Positions 51,451 through 62,401 of a DNA stretch of 64,000 nucleotides are shown here, piece by piece (position 1 is the stretch's first letter; each line of letters starts with the position of its first letter). The stretch comes from an uncultured Porphyromonadaceae bacterium. Its GTDB lineage: Bacteria; Bacteroidota; Bacteroidia; Bacteroidales; Muribaculaceae. The translations under genes were made by a program, and so were the position numbers. Below the pieces are notes generated by a model. The model was given only the letters and a program-made list of their open reading frames with translations, had not been told where the DNA came from and ran no database searches. The DNA is taken from NCBI GenBank assembly GCA_947174995.1, contig CAMWLC010000004.1, positions 6,428-70,427 on the forward strand, given 5' to 3'.

Positions 51451-53234
51451 AGAAATTTTTCATGAACCTGCTCTCCTCCTTCGTGGGAGCATGGATTGCG
51501 CTGGTGCTCTTCGGAGTGGTGGCGGTGATAGTGTGCGTGGGCGTGGCCGCCCGTATGGGCGACAGCTCCGAGACTCCGTCGGTCAAGAAGCACAGCGTGA
51601 TGGTGCTTGACCTGAAGGGAGTGATAGAGGAGGCGGAGGCCGGATCCGATATGGATTTCAGCGACATCGTGATGAGCGGGGGCAAAATCGACCGTCCCCT
51701 GGTGCTCTCCGAACTCGTGAGCGGTATCCGTGAGGGCAAGAATGACAAGTCTGTCGAAGCCCTTTACATCAAATGCGAGGGTGTACGTGCCGGAGTTAGC
51801 ACTCTGCGCTCGCTGCGCGAGGAGATAGAAAGCTTCCGAAAGAGCGGAAAGAGGGTATATGCCTATTCCGACTCCTATTCCCAGGCCGACTATTATGTCG
51901 CTACGGCCGCAGACAGCATTTTCCTGAACGCCGCCGGAGCAGTGGACATCCGCGGCATAGGGGGCACTGTGGAATACCTGAAGGGGCTTTTTGATAAGAT
52001 CGGCGTCACTTTCCAGGTATTCAAGGTCGGCACTTTCAAGTCAGCCGTGGAGCCATACATAATGACTCAAATGAGTGAACCGGCCCGTATGCAGCTTGAC
52101 ACCCTCTACGGCAATATATGGAAAGAAATCCGCACCGCCATGGCTCAGTCGCGCAAGATGAAGGAGGGGGAAATCAACCGCATGGCCTCCGAAGAGTTCA
52201 CTGTGATGCGTGATGCCTCCTGGGCTTTGGGCCACAAGCTCGTGGACCGCGTGGTGTATCAGCGCCAGATGGATGACATCATCGGAAAAATCGTCGATAA
52301 GGAAGGGAAGGACGTCAACTTCGTGGATGTCGCCACTATGGCCGCGCGTGCCTCCTGGGGACGTGACTACACCTCCAAGAAGCAGATAGCCGTGCTTTAT
52401 GCCTCCGGCGAGATAGCCGAGAGCGAAAGAGCCGGGATATATTGCGAGAAACTGGTGCCCGAGATTGTAAAACTCGCCGACGACGACAATATCAAGGGGC
52501 TGGTGATGCGTGTCAACTCCCCCGGCGGTTCTGTCTTCGGCAGCGAACAGATAGCCGAGGCTCTGGCCTATTTCAAGAGCAAGAAGAAGCCTTTCGCCGT
52601 TTCCATGGGAGACTATGCGGCCTCCGGCGGATACTGGATTTCAGCCGACGCCGACCGTATCTTCGCCTCTCCGCTGACCATCACGGGTTCGATTGGCATA
52701 TTCGGCCTCGTCCCGAACGTGGGGAATCTTCTCGGAAAGATTGGCGTGAGTCCCCAGGGTGTCTACACCAATCCCGAGGCTGACTTCCCGAATCCCTATC
52801 ATGACATGACCCCCGCCCAGAGCGAGGCCATGCAGCGCGGCATCGAAGAGGGGTATGACAAGTTCATAGCCCGCGTGGCCAAGGGGCGCAAGATGAAGGA
52901 GGCCCGTGTGCGTCAGATAGCCGAAGGACGTGTGTGGGACGGCAGCACGGCACTGCGTCTCGGACTCGTCGATCAGCTCGGTTCCCTTCAGGACGCCATA
53001 GACTGGGTGGCCGGAAAATGCGACATGAAAGGCAATCACGGCGTGGCCTGCTATCCGCAGTATGAACCCGGATTCTGGGATCTCCTCTCGGGCAGCCTCA
53101 ACACCGAACTGGGTGAGGTCATGGCGCAGTATGGCGTTGACCGTCCCGAAGCGGTGCTTATCCGCTACGCCCTGGACATCGTGGGGCGCGAACCGGTGCA
53201 GGCCAGGATGATTCCCGTCAGAGTGAGGCTTTAA
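51444..53234 (+). CDS. sppA: Signal peptide peptidase SppA (67K type)
   Basis: 596 aa with an N-terminal TM helix, two S49 repeats and the SGGYWIS serine motif. It overlaps glmM by 7 nt. Confidence 0.8.
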   Translation: MLKKFFMNLLSSFVGAWIALVLFGVVAVIVCVGVAARMGDSSETPSVKKHSVMVLDLKGVIEEAEAGSDMDFSDIVMSGGKIDRPLVLSELVSGIREGKNDKSVEALYIKCEGVRAGVSTLRSLREEIESFRKSGKRVYAYSDSYSQADYYVATAADSIFLNAAGAVDIRGIGGTVEYLKGLFDKIGVTFQVFKVGTFKSAVEPYIMTQMSEPARMQLDTLYGNIWKEIRTAMAQSRKMKEGEINRMASEEFTVMRDASWALGHKLVDRVVYQRQMDDIIGKIVDKEGKDVNFVDVATMAARASWGRDYTSKKQIAVLYASGEIAESERAGIYCEKLVPEIVKLADDDNIKGLVMRVNSPGGSVFGSEQIAEALAYFKSKKKPFAVSMGDYAASGGYWISADADRIFASPLTITGSIGIFGLVPNVGNLLGKIGVSPQGVYTNPEADFPNPYHDMTPAQSEAMQRGIEEGYDKFIARVAKGRKMKEARVRQIAEGRVWDGSTALRLGLVDQLGSLQDAIDWVAGKCDMKGNHGVACYPQYEPGFWDLLSGSLNTELGEVMAQYGVDRPEAVLIRYALDIVGREPVQARMIPVRVRL

Positions 53235-53249
53235 TGATCAGTAAAGGCG

Positions 53250-54455
53250 ATGGATTCCACGTGGAATAAAGTTATAAAGTGCGTGCTTACGCCACTGTCC
53301 TGGATTTACGGGTCGGTGGTGTGGACACGCAACAAGATGTTTGACTGGGGCATCCTGCCTCAGGAGACATTCCCGGTTCCGGTGGTGTGCGTAGGCAATA
53401 TCACCGTCGGAGGCACCGGCAAGACCCCACATACGGAATACATCGTTTCGCGTCTAGGCAGACGCATGAAAGTGGCCGTGCTCAGCAGGGGCTACAAGCG
53501 CAAGACAAAGGGATTCATATTGGCTAATTCCCACTCCACACCGGAGATGATAGGAGATGAGCCGATGCAGATATTCCATAAGTTCGGACGCGCGGTGAAG
53601 GTGGCCGTATGCGAGAACCGCCGCACCGGCATCCGTGAGCTGCTGCGTCTCTTCCCTGACCTGGAGCTGATAGTGCTCGACGACGCATTCCAGCACCGCT
53701 ATGTCAAGCCCACTGTCGCAGTGCTGCTCACCGAGTACAACCGTCCGGTCCACAACGACCATCTTCTCCCCCTGGGGCGTCTGCGCGAGAGCGTCATGGC
53801 TGTCAACCGTGCCGACATCGTGGTGGTGACGAAATGTCCCGAAAACATGTCAGCCCTTGACAAGAGCCTGAAAAAGAAGGATCTTGACCTGATGTCGTTC
53901 CAGCAGCCCTTCTTCTCGCGCTATGAATACGAAGGCCTGTCGCCGGTGTTTCCCGAGGAATGTCCGTATCATGTCAGGCTGGGCGCCCTCACCTCCAAAG
54001 ATGGAGTGCTGCTCGTCACCGGCATAGCCCATCCGCGATATTTCGTCAGACACTTCTCCCACTTCCCCTTCAAGGTGAAGGTGCTTCATTTTCCCGACCA
54101 TCACGACTTTACCCGCAAGGACATCGAGGAGATACGCAAGCGTTACGATGCCCTGCCGGGAGAGCATAAGATCATCGTCACCACGGAGAAGGATGCCGTG
54201 CGCTTGGCCTACAACCCATATTTCCCGCAGCGGCTAAAGCCCTTCGTTTTCTATCAACCCATCACGGTCAATATGATCGACGACGGATTTATCCGGGCGA
54301 TACTCCGGGGCATCGGGCGCGCCGACCTGATACCCGGCGGCGATGACGCTCCCACCGTATCGCCTGTCATGAGCGGATACACCCCGGCGCCCTCCGAAAG
54401 CACTGACACCGGAGACGTGCCCGGGCATGAAGAGGATGAAATATCGGAACTATAA
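53250..54455 (+). CDS. lpxK: Tetraacyldisaccharide 4'-kinase
   Basis: P-loop VGNITVGGTGKTP with a typical LpxK layout, plus a ~40-aa acidic C-terminal extension. Confidence 0.85.
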   Translation: MDSTWNKVIKCVLTPLSWIYGSVVWTRNKMFDWGILPQETFPVPVVCVGNITVGGTGKTPHTEYIVSRLGRRMKVAVLSRGYKRKTKGFILANSHSTPEMIGDEPMQIFHKFGRAVKVAVCENRRTGIRELLRLFPDLELIVLDDAFQHRYVKPTVAVLLTEYNRPVHNDHLLPLGRLRESVMAVNRADIVVVTKCPENMSALDKSLKKKDLDLMSFQQPFFSRYEYEGLSPVFPEECPYHVRLGALTSKDGVLLVTGIAHPRYFVRHFSHFPFKVKVLHFPDHHDFTRKDIEEIRKRYDALPGEHKIIVTTEKDAVRLAYNPYFPQRLKPFVFYQPITVNMIDDGFIRAILRGIGRADLIPGGDDAPTVSPVMSGYTPAPSESTDTGDVPGHEEDEISEL

Positions 54456-54499
54456 TCCCCATTAGATTGTTAACCTATCAACCACTTACAAAAACTCAC

Positions 54500-55327
54500 A
54501 TGGAAAAGTCAATGCTTGACATAATCAAGAATACAGCGGAGTTCATCCGCGCGAAAGTAGGGGGTGAGATGCCCCGCACAGGTATAATCCTCGGTACCGG
54601 TCTTGGCGATCTGGTCAACCATATTGAGGTTTCCGCCGAAATCGACTACAAGACCATACCCAATTTCCCCGTCTCCACGGTGGAGGGTCACAGCGGCAAG
54701 CTCATTTTCGGAGTGCTGGGAGGCCGTCCCGTGGTGGCCATGCAGGGCCGTTTCCACTACTACGAAGGGTATGACATGAAGCAGGTCACCTTCCCGGTGC
54801 GCGTCATGAAGGCCCTCGGAGTGGAAACTCTCGTGGTGAGCAACGCCGCAGGAGGCATGAACAAGGAGTTCAAGGTAGGCGACGTGATGATAATCACTGA
54901 CCATATCAACCTTTTCCCGGAGAATCCGCTGCGCGGCAAGAACTACAACGAGCTTGGCGACCGTTTCCCGGCCATGACAGAGGCATACAGCAAGCGTCTC
55001 ATAGCCCTCGCTGACGAGATTGCGGCCGAGAAGGATTTCCGCCTGATGCACGGCGTGTACGTAGGTACTACGGGACCCACTTTCGAGACTCCCGCGGAAT
55101 ACGAATATTTCCGCATCATCGGCGGCGACGCCGTGGGTATGTCCACGGTGCCCGAAGTGATTGTGGCCAACCATAGCGGCATGAAGGTGTTCGGACTTTC
55201 CGTAATCACCGACCTCGGAGGCAAGGACATCACCGAGGTGCCCAGCCACGAGGAGGTGCAGAAAGCAGCACTCACGGCGCAACCCGTCATCACCCTCCTC
55301 ATGAAGGAGATGATGGTCCGTATGTAA
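54500..55327 (+). CDS. Purine nucleoside phosphorylase (PNP/MTAP family, trimeric type)
   Basis: The start is taken at MEKSML. Motifs are ILGTGLG, EGHSGKL, GRFHYYEGY and MSTVPEV. Confidence 0.85.
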   Translation: MEKSMLDIIKNTAEFIRAKVGGEMPRTGIILGTGLGDLVNHIEVSAEIDYKTIPNFPVSTVEGHSGKLIFGVLGGRPVVAMQGRFHYYEGYDMKQVTFPVRVMKALGVETLVVSNAAGGMNKEFKVGDVMIITDHINLFPENPLRGKNYNELGDRFPAMTEAYSKRLIALADEIAAEKDFRLMHGVYVGTTGPTFETPAEYEYFRIIGGDAVGMSTVPEVIVANHSGMKVFGLSVITDLGGKDITEVPSHEEVQKAALTAQPVITLLMKEMMVRM

Positions 55328-55391
55328 TTGATCCTGTAAGAATAATCGCGGCTCCGGAAATATTCCGGAGCCGTTTAAATTATCAGACTCT

Positions 55392-56471
55392 ATGCAGACA
55401 GAAATATCAAAGCTCGGCGAGTTCGGGCTTATTGACCACCTGACGCGTGACTTCCCTCTCCGAAATCCCGAGAGCCGGCTCGGTGTGGGCGACGATGCCG
55501 CCATCCTCGACATGGGAGACAACGACACCCTTGTCACTACTGACCTTCTCCTGGAAGGGATACATTTCGATCTCAGATATGTGCCCCTCAAACATCTCGG
55601 CTATAAGTCCGCTATCGTAAACTTCAGCGACATTTACGCCATGGGGGGTGATCCGAAGCAGATCACCGTGAGCCTCGGGGTTTCAAGCCGGTTTACAGTG
55701 GAGCATATCGAAGCCCTCTATTCCGGTATACGCCTCGCCTGCGAAATCTACGGCGTGGACCTCGTGGGTGGAGACACCAGCGCGAGTGTCACGGGACTCG
55801 TCATCAGCATCACCTGCCTGGGCACGGCGCCCAAGGGGGAGGAGATACGCCGCAGCGGAGCCAAACCCACCGACCTGATATGCGTCAGCGGAGACCTGGG
55901 GGCGGCCTTTATGGGTTTACAGCTTCTGGAACGGGAGAACCGTGTGGGAGCCGAATCCGGCGACCCCGGTTTTCAGCCGGACTTCGCCGGAAAGGAGTAT
56001 ATACTGGAGCGCCAGCTCAAGCCCGAGGCGCGCCGCGACGTTATCCGCATGTTGCGCGAACACGGACTGAAACCCACCTCCATGATGGATGTCAGCGATG
56101 GCCTTTCATCGGAGCTTCTGCATATATGCAAGGCCTCGGGAGTGGGATGCAGGGTGTATGAGGATCGCATCCCCATCGACTACCAAACGGCCCTGATGGC
56201 GGAAGAACTCAACATGAATCTCGTCACGGCAGCTATGAATGGTGGCGAGGACTACGAGCTGCTCTTCACCCTCCCCCTGACCGACAACGAGAAAATCAAG
56301 GACCTTCCCGGTGTCAAGATGATAGGCTACATCACTGAGCCGCAGTTGGGGGCGGCCATGGTGACGCGCGATGGCGGCGAGATACCTATACGCGCCCAGG
56401 GATGGAACGCCTTCACGCAAGAGTCTCCGCAGACGGAAGACACCTCAGAGTCAACTCCGGAGAAAGAATGA
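55392..56471 (+). CDS. thiL: Thiamine-monophosphate kinase
   Basis: 359 aa with GEFGLIDHL, GVGDDAAIL, GGDTS and DVSDGL motifs. Confidence 0.8.
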   Translation: MQTEISKLGEFGLIDHLTRDFPLRNPESRLGVGDDAAILDMGDNDTLVTTDLLLEGIHFDLRYVPLKHLGYKSAIVNFSDIYAMGGDPKQITVSLGVSSRFTVEHIEALYSGIRLACEIYGVDLVGGDTSASVTGLVISITCLGTAPKGEEIRRSGAKPTDLICVSGDLGAAFMGLQLLERENRVGAESGDPGFQPDFAGKEYILERQLKPEARRDVIRMLREHGLKPTSMMDVSDGLSSELLHICKASGVGCRVYEDRIPIDYQTALMAEELNMNLVTAAMNGGEDYELLFTLPLTDNEKIKDLPGVKMIGYITEPQLGAAMVTRDGGEIPIRAQGWNAFTQESPQTEDTSESTPEKE

Positions 56472-56480
56472 CACTGCATT

Positions 56481-56513
56481 AAGCTAAATTAACACAATTA
56501 ATTTAGCTTTTTC
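56481..56513 (+). terminator. Rho-independent terminator after thiL
   Basis: AAGCTAAATTA-loop-TAATTTAGCTT followed by TTT. Confidence 0.7.
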
Positions 56514-56599
56514 GTTATAAATAGGTATTTTTGCGCGTGAATAGGCCCACCGGCCTCAATAGGTGCATAAAATTGAATAAATCAGTACAATTATAGATA

Positions 56600-57595
<996 letters not shown>

Positions 57596-57610
57596 TAAAA
57601 TCCTCAGAAC

Positions 57611-58492
57611 ATGATGGATGCCAACGAACTGCTCAGGAAGGTCCGCAAGATAGAGATCAAGACGCGCGGACTGAGCCAGAATATTTTTGCCGGTGAGTAT
57701 CACACGGCGTTCAAAGGGCGTGGCATGATGTTTTCCGAGGTACGCGAATACCAGCCAGGCGATGATGTGCGCGATATCGACTGGAATGTCACCGCACGCC
57801 ACAACAAGCCATACGTGAAGGTTTACGAGGAGGAGCGCGAACTGACCATGATGCTCCTTGTGGATGTGAGCGGCAGCGGGGAGTTCGGCGCCGTCGGCCC
57901 GCGCAAGCAGGAGGTGATGGCCGAAATCGCAGCCACGCTTGCATTCTCGTCGATTCAGAACAACGACAAGGTGGGAGTGATTCTTTTCAGCGACCGCATA
58001 GAGAAATTCATCCCTCCCAAGAAGGGACGCAAACATATCCTGCTCATCATCCGTGAGATTATCGACTTCAAGCCCGAGAGCAGGGGCACCGACATAGACG
58101 TGGCTCTCAAGTTCATGACCAACGCCATCAAGAAGCGTTGCTCGGCCTTTCTGATAAGCGACTTCATCGACGATCACGACTATTCCGGCTCCATGGCCAT
58201 AGCCAACCGCAAGCACGAACTCGCGGCGGTGCAGGTATATGACCTGCGCGACGGACAGCTCCCCAATGTGGGGCTTATGCGTGTGCGCGACCTTGAGACC
58301 GGGCTCGACCGCTGGGTAGACACCTCTTCGGCGTCAGCCCGCAAGGCTTACGACCGCCTCTGGTATGACCGTCAGCAGAAACTCGCCTCGGTCACTGCCC
58401 GATGTGGCGTGGACCTCGCTTCGGTGCGCACCGATGAAGATTACGTGAAGGCCCTTCTCGCCATGTTCCGCCGTCGTAGCGGAGCACGGTGA
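57611..58492 (+). CDS. DUF58 domain protein (MoxR partner)
   Basis: 293 aa with the REYQPGDDVRDIDW motif typical of DUF58. Confidence 0.85.
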   Translation: MMDANELLRKVRKIEIKTRGLSQNIFAGEYHTAFKGRGMMFSEVREYQPGDDVRDIDWNVTARHNKPYVKVYEEERELTMMLLVDVSGSGEFGAVGPRKQEVMAEIAATLAFSSIQNNDKVGVILFSDRIEKFIPPKKGRKHILLIIREIIDFKPESRGTDIDVALKFMTNAIKKRCSAFLISDFIDDHDYSGSMAIANRKHELAAVQVYDLRDGQLPNVGLMRVRDLETGLDRWVDTSSASARKAYDRLWYDRQQKLASVTARCGVDLASVRTDEDYVKALLAMFRRRSGAR

Positions 58493-58534
58493 GGCAGCGG
58501 CGCAATATGAGGGGTAGGGGAAATTTTTGAATTT

Positions 58535-59542
58535 ATGAGAAAGAAATTTTTCACGAAAGGATACATCGCGCCGCTTGCGGGGCTGCTGATGGCCATGGGA
58601 GGCGTGACAGCCGCTAACGCCGGTCCCGTGACGGTCAAGGCGAGCCTTGACTCCGTGCAGATTCTGATGGGGCGCATGGCCACCATGCGCCTTCAGGTGG
58701 TGCAGGACGAGAATGTGCGCGGCACGTTCCCGCTCCTTCAGCCCAACGAGCGCGGATATGCAGCGGTGTGCGGCGACAGTGTGGAGTTGCGCACATCTAT
58801 AAAGCGCGACACCACTCCCCTTGGCTCCGGGAGGATTCAGGTGGACTGGCAGGTGCCCGTACAGGCCTTCGACTCGGGAGTGTACCGTCTCCCGGAGATG
58901 GTGTATGTGGCCGGGCGTGACAGCGTACGCTCCAACCCCCTCACGTTTAAGGTGACCCCCTTCCCGGGAGTCACGGCCGAGGACAAGATAGCAGACTTCG
59001 CGGGCACGGTTGACCCCGCCGGAAAGTCATTCTGGGATTTTCTGCCCGACTGGCTCGTGGAATGGGGGTGGCTCATCCTCTTCATCATGATGCTGGCTCT
59101 CATAGCCTTCGAGGAGACACTCTCGCGCCGTCCGCGCGGGGGGCTCATCCCGGCTCCGCAGGTGCCTAAGGAGGCTCCTGACGCCGAGGCGCTCCGACGT
59201 CTCGGCGAGCTCAAGGAGCGGAAGCTCTGGGAGCAGGGGCAGGAGAAGGAATATTTCACCATCCTCACGGATATCCTGAGAAACTATCTGGACAGAAGAT
59301 TCGGCATCAACGCCATGGAGATGACCTCCAGGCAGATCATGCAGACTCTCGCCGCGGACTCCACGCTGAAGGAGAAGCGCGGTCTGGTGCGTCAGATTCT
59401 CGACATGGCCGACTTCGTGAAGTTCGCCAAGGTGCGTCCGCTGCCTGACGACAGCGTGGCCGCATGGAACAACGCCGTGGCCTTTGTCAACGAGACCAAG
59501 TCGATATCCGCCACCGCCGAGGAGAAAGGAGGTGAGTCATGA
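58535..59542 (+). CDS. Bat-operon membrane protein (DUF4381-like)
   Basis: 335 aa with a signal peptide and a central TM helix (WGWLILFIMMLALIAF). It lies between DUF58 and batA. The family name is from memory. Confidence 0.5.
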   Translation: MRKKFFTKGYIAPLAGLLMAMGGVTAANAGPVTVKASLDSVQILMGRMATMRLQVVQDENVRGTFPLLQPNERGYAAVCGDSVELRTSIKRDTTPLGSGRIQVDWQVPVQAFDSGVYRLPEMVYVAGRDSVRSNPLTFKVTPFPGVTAEDKIADFAGTVDPAGKSFWDFLPDWLVEWGWLILFIMMLALIAFEETLSRRPRGGLIPAPQVPKEAPDAEALRRLGELKERKLWEQGQEKEYFTILTDILRNYLDRRFGINAMEMTSRQIMQTLAADSTLKEKRGLVRQILDMADFVKFAKVRPLPDDSVAAWNNAVAFVNETKSISATAEEKGGES

Positions 59543-60516
59543 TGCTGCATAATCCCCGTATGCTCTGGCTCCTGCTGGTGCTTGTGCCTCTGACGGCGTG
59601 GTATGTATGGAAGCAGCGCAATTCGCGTCCATGGCTCGGAATCTCTTCGGCCAAGGCCTTCGTGAAGCTCCCCCTTCCCCGGAAGATTTGGGTGATGCAC
59701 TTCTGTTTCCTTCTCCAGCTCTTGGCTGTGGCCGCCCTTATAGTGGCCCTCGCCCGACCTCAAACCACCGACTCGGAGCGCACCTCGCGCATTGTCGGCA
59801 CGGACATAGTGCTTGCCATCGATATCTCGGGCAGCATGAGCGCCACCGACTTCGCCCCCAACCGTTTCGAAGCGGCGAAGCAGACCGCCACACAGTTTGT
59901 CAACAACCGTCCCAACGACAATATGGGCCTCGTGGTCTTCGCCGGGGAGAGCCTCTCCCTCATGCCCCTCACGACTGACCGCGCCGCCCTTGTCAATGCC
60001 GTGCAGGGTATCAGTATGGGCGCTCTCGACGACGGCACGGCCATCGGCGACGGCCTCTCCAGCGCCATTAACCGTATAGCCTCCGGCAAAGCGAAGTCCA
60101 AGAGCATCATCATGCTCACCGACGGCACCAACAATGCCGGAAACGTGCCCCCTCTCACGGCGGCCGCCATCGCCAAGCAAAAGGGTATCAAAGTCTACAC
60201 CATCGGAGTGGGAACCAACGGCACTGTCCAGATCACCGATCCCTACGGATTCTCCTCCACCACGCTCGAAACCAAAATTGACGAGGAATCCCTGAAGTCC
60301 ATAGCGGCCACCACCGGCGGCAAGTATTTCAGGGCGAAGGATGAGAAGATGCTCCGCAAGGTGTTTGACGAGATCGACTCGCTTGAGAAAACCGAGCTCG
60401 ACGTGGACCAGTACACCCAGACCGATGAGAATTACATGCCCTGGGTGTGGATCGCCATGGGAGCCTGGAGCCTTTTCCTGCTGTTACGTTACACATTGTT
60501 GAGGAGAATCCCTTGA
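59539..60516 (+). CDS. batA: VWA domain protein BatA
   Basis: 325 aa with N-terminal TM helices, the MIDAS motif DISGSM and a C-terminal TM helix. It overlaps the previous gene by 4 nt. Confidence 0.8.
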   Translation: MMLHNPRMLWLLLVLVPLTAWYVWKQRNSRPWLGISSAKAFVKLPLPRKIWVMHFCFLLQLLAVAALIVALARPQTTDSERTSRIVGTDIVLAIDISGSMSATDFAPNRFEAAKQTATQFVNNRPNDNMGLVVFAGESLSLMPLTTDRAALVNAVQGISMGALDDGTAIGDGLSSAINRIASGKAKSKSIIMLTDGTNNAGNVPPLTAAAIAKQKGIKVYTIGVGTNGTVQITDPYGFSSTTLETKIDEESLKSIAATTGGKYFRAKDEKMLRKVFDEIDSLEKTELDVDQYTQTDENYMPWVWIAMGAWSLFLLLRYTLLRRIP

Positions 60517-60558
60517 GGAGGTCCCAAGGAGATATTCACTTGATGAAAAGAGATAAGA

Positions 60559-61614
60559 ATGTTTAGTTTCGCATATCCAAAAGTATTGTTGCTGCTCATA
60601 GCCGTGCCGGTGTACTGTCTTCTGTACTTCCTGGCGCGATACAGCCGCAGGCGCAAGCTCAGGAAGTTCGGCAATCCCGAGACTCTCGAAAGACTCATGC
60701 CGGATGCCTCCCCCTACAAGCCCCCCTTCAAACTCGTGCTCGAAATGCTCGCGTTGACGCTCATCATCATCGCGGCCGCGAGGCCGTGGGGTGGCGTCAA
60801 GGACATGAAGACCTCCAAGGAGGGTATTGAGGTGGTGATAGCGGTGGATGCCTCCAACTCCATGCTGGCCTCTTCGACAGCTGATCCGAATGCACCCGAC
60901 CGTATGCGCACGGCCAAGCTAATGCTCGAAAAGCTGATAAACCGTCTCGACAATGACCGCGTCGGACTCATCGTCTACGCCGGAGGGGCTTATACCCTCA
61001 TCCCCGTGACAAGCGACTACGTGTCAGCGAAGATGTTTCTCAATTCCATCGATCCCTCGCAATTCACCAACCAGGGTACGAACATCGCGGCAGCCATCGA
61101 TTTGGCCACCAAGTCATTCAGCCCCGACAAGAATGTAGGAAAGGCCCTCGTGCTGATCACGGATGCCGAGGAACTCGAGGACCGCGACGAGGTGATGCAG
61201 GCGGCCCGCACGGCGGCCAAGAACAAAGTGCAACTCGATGTCATAGGTGTCGGCACCCCGGTGGCCGTGCCTGTCAGCATCAAGGGGCGCCCTCTGATCG
61301 ACCCCGAGACAGGGGATCAGGTCATGACACGCCTGGATGAGAAAATGGCCGAGGACATTGCCCGCGAGGGTGACGGCATATATGTGAACGCCACCGCTCC
61401 CGGTGCTCTCAACGAGCTTGGCAAGCAACTCGACACCCTGAAGAAAACCACCCTCGACTCAAGCCTCTACGCTGTTCACGACGAGCTGTTCCCTATTTTC
61501 GTATGGCTTGCGTTGGGCGTCATAGTGTTCAACGTCTTCATACTCGACCGAAAGATCGGATGGCTTGACAAGATTACCTTCTTCAAGAAGGAATCCGGAA
61601 AACTGAAACTTTAA
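60559..61614 (+). CDS. batB: VWA domain protein BatB
   Basis: 351 aa with TM helices and the MIDAS-like motif DASNSM. Confidence 0.75.
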   Translation: MFSFAYPKVLLLLIAVPVYCLLYFLARYSRRRKLRKFGNPETLERLMPDASPYKPPFKLVLEMLALTLIIIAAARPWGGVKDMKTSKEGIEVVIAVDASNSMLASSTADPNAPDRMRTAKLMLEKLINRLDNDRVGLIVYAGGAYTLIPVTSDYVSAKMFLNSIDPSQFTNQGTNIAAAIDLATKSFSPDKNVGKALVLITDAEELEDRDEVMQAARTAAKNKVQLDVIGVGTPVAVPVSIKGRPLIDPETGDQVMTRLDEKMAEDIAREGDGIYVNATAPGALNELGKQLDTLKKTTLDSSLYAVHDELFPIFVWLALGVIVFNVFILDRKIGWLDKITFFKKESGKLKL

Positions 61615-61619
61615 GAGCG

Positions 61620-62387
61620 ATGAATATCAAGAATATAATGTGGATCGCCGCTATCGGGCTCACAGTGGCTTCCTGCGGGAACTCGACTCCCCCGGAGAGC
61701 ACCCGTGCCGAGCGCAAGCACATACTGGAGGGCAATGACCTATACGGAAAGGGTGACTTCCAGGGAGCCATCGGAAGCTATAACGCGGCCCTTGAGGAGC
61801 GGGAAGGCTCGGTGGAGGCAAGATACAACCTTGGTGTCAGCCAGATTCGCCGCTCGCAGACGCTGGAGACCGATTCCCTGAAGCAGGCATTCATGCAGAC
61901 GGCCCTCGGACACACGCGGGAAGTGACGCGCCACGGTGCCGACAAACCCCTCGTGGCCTCGCGTGCCAACTACAATCTCGGCAATGTCTCGTTTGACGGA
62001 GAGGATTATGCCGCGGCGATAGAGCAATACAAACAGGCCCTGCGCCTCAATCCTTCCGACGAGGCCGCGCGTCGCAATCTTCGCATAGCCCAGCTCAAGA
62101 AGCAGCAGCAGGACGACAAGAACGACGACAACAATCAGAATCAGGACCACCAGAACCAGCAGAATCAGGATCAGCAGGATCAGCAGCAGAACCGGGACCA
62201 ACAGCAGGAGGATCAGCAGGACCGGCAGCAACCACCGCAGCAGGATGAACAGGAGATCAACCCGCAGACTTCCGAGCAGATACTCAAGGCAATGGAAAAC
62301 AAGGAGAATCAGACCCGTGCCCGCGTGATGAGGGGACAGAACGGCCAGGAGGCCGCCGGCTCCGCCCGACACAGAAAGAACTGGTGA
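61620..62387 (+). CDS. batC: TPR protein BatC with Q/D/N-rich tail
   Basis: 255 aa with the lipobox-like LTVASC, TPR repeats, and a QQQDDKNDDNNQNQDHQNQQNQDQQ low-complexity region. Confidence 0.7.
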   Translation: MNIKNIMWIAAIGLTVASCGNSTPPESTRAERKHILEGNDLYGKGDFQGAIGSYNAALEEREGSVEARYNLGVSQIRRSQTLETDSLKQAFMQTALGHTREVTRHGADKPLVASRANYNLGNVSFDGEDYAAAIEQYKQALRLNPSDEAARRNLRIAQLKKQQQDDKNDDNNQNQDHQNQQNQDQQDQQQNRDQQQEDQQDRQQPPQQDEQEINPQTSEQILKAMENKENQTRARVMRGQNGQEAAGSARHRKNW

Positions 62388-62401
62388 TTCCGGAATATCG
62401 A

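Noticed and set aside
62090-62270. Q/D/N-rich repetitive DNA in batC as a possible repeat element
   Set aside because: It is in frame within the BatC ORF and encodes a low-complexity linker. It has no repeat boundaries or copies elsewhere in the window.
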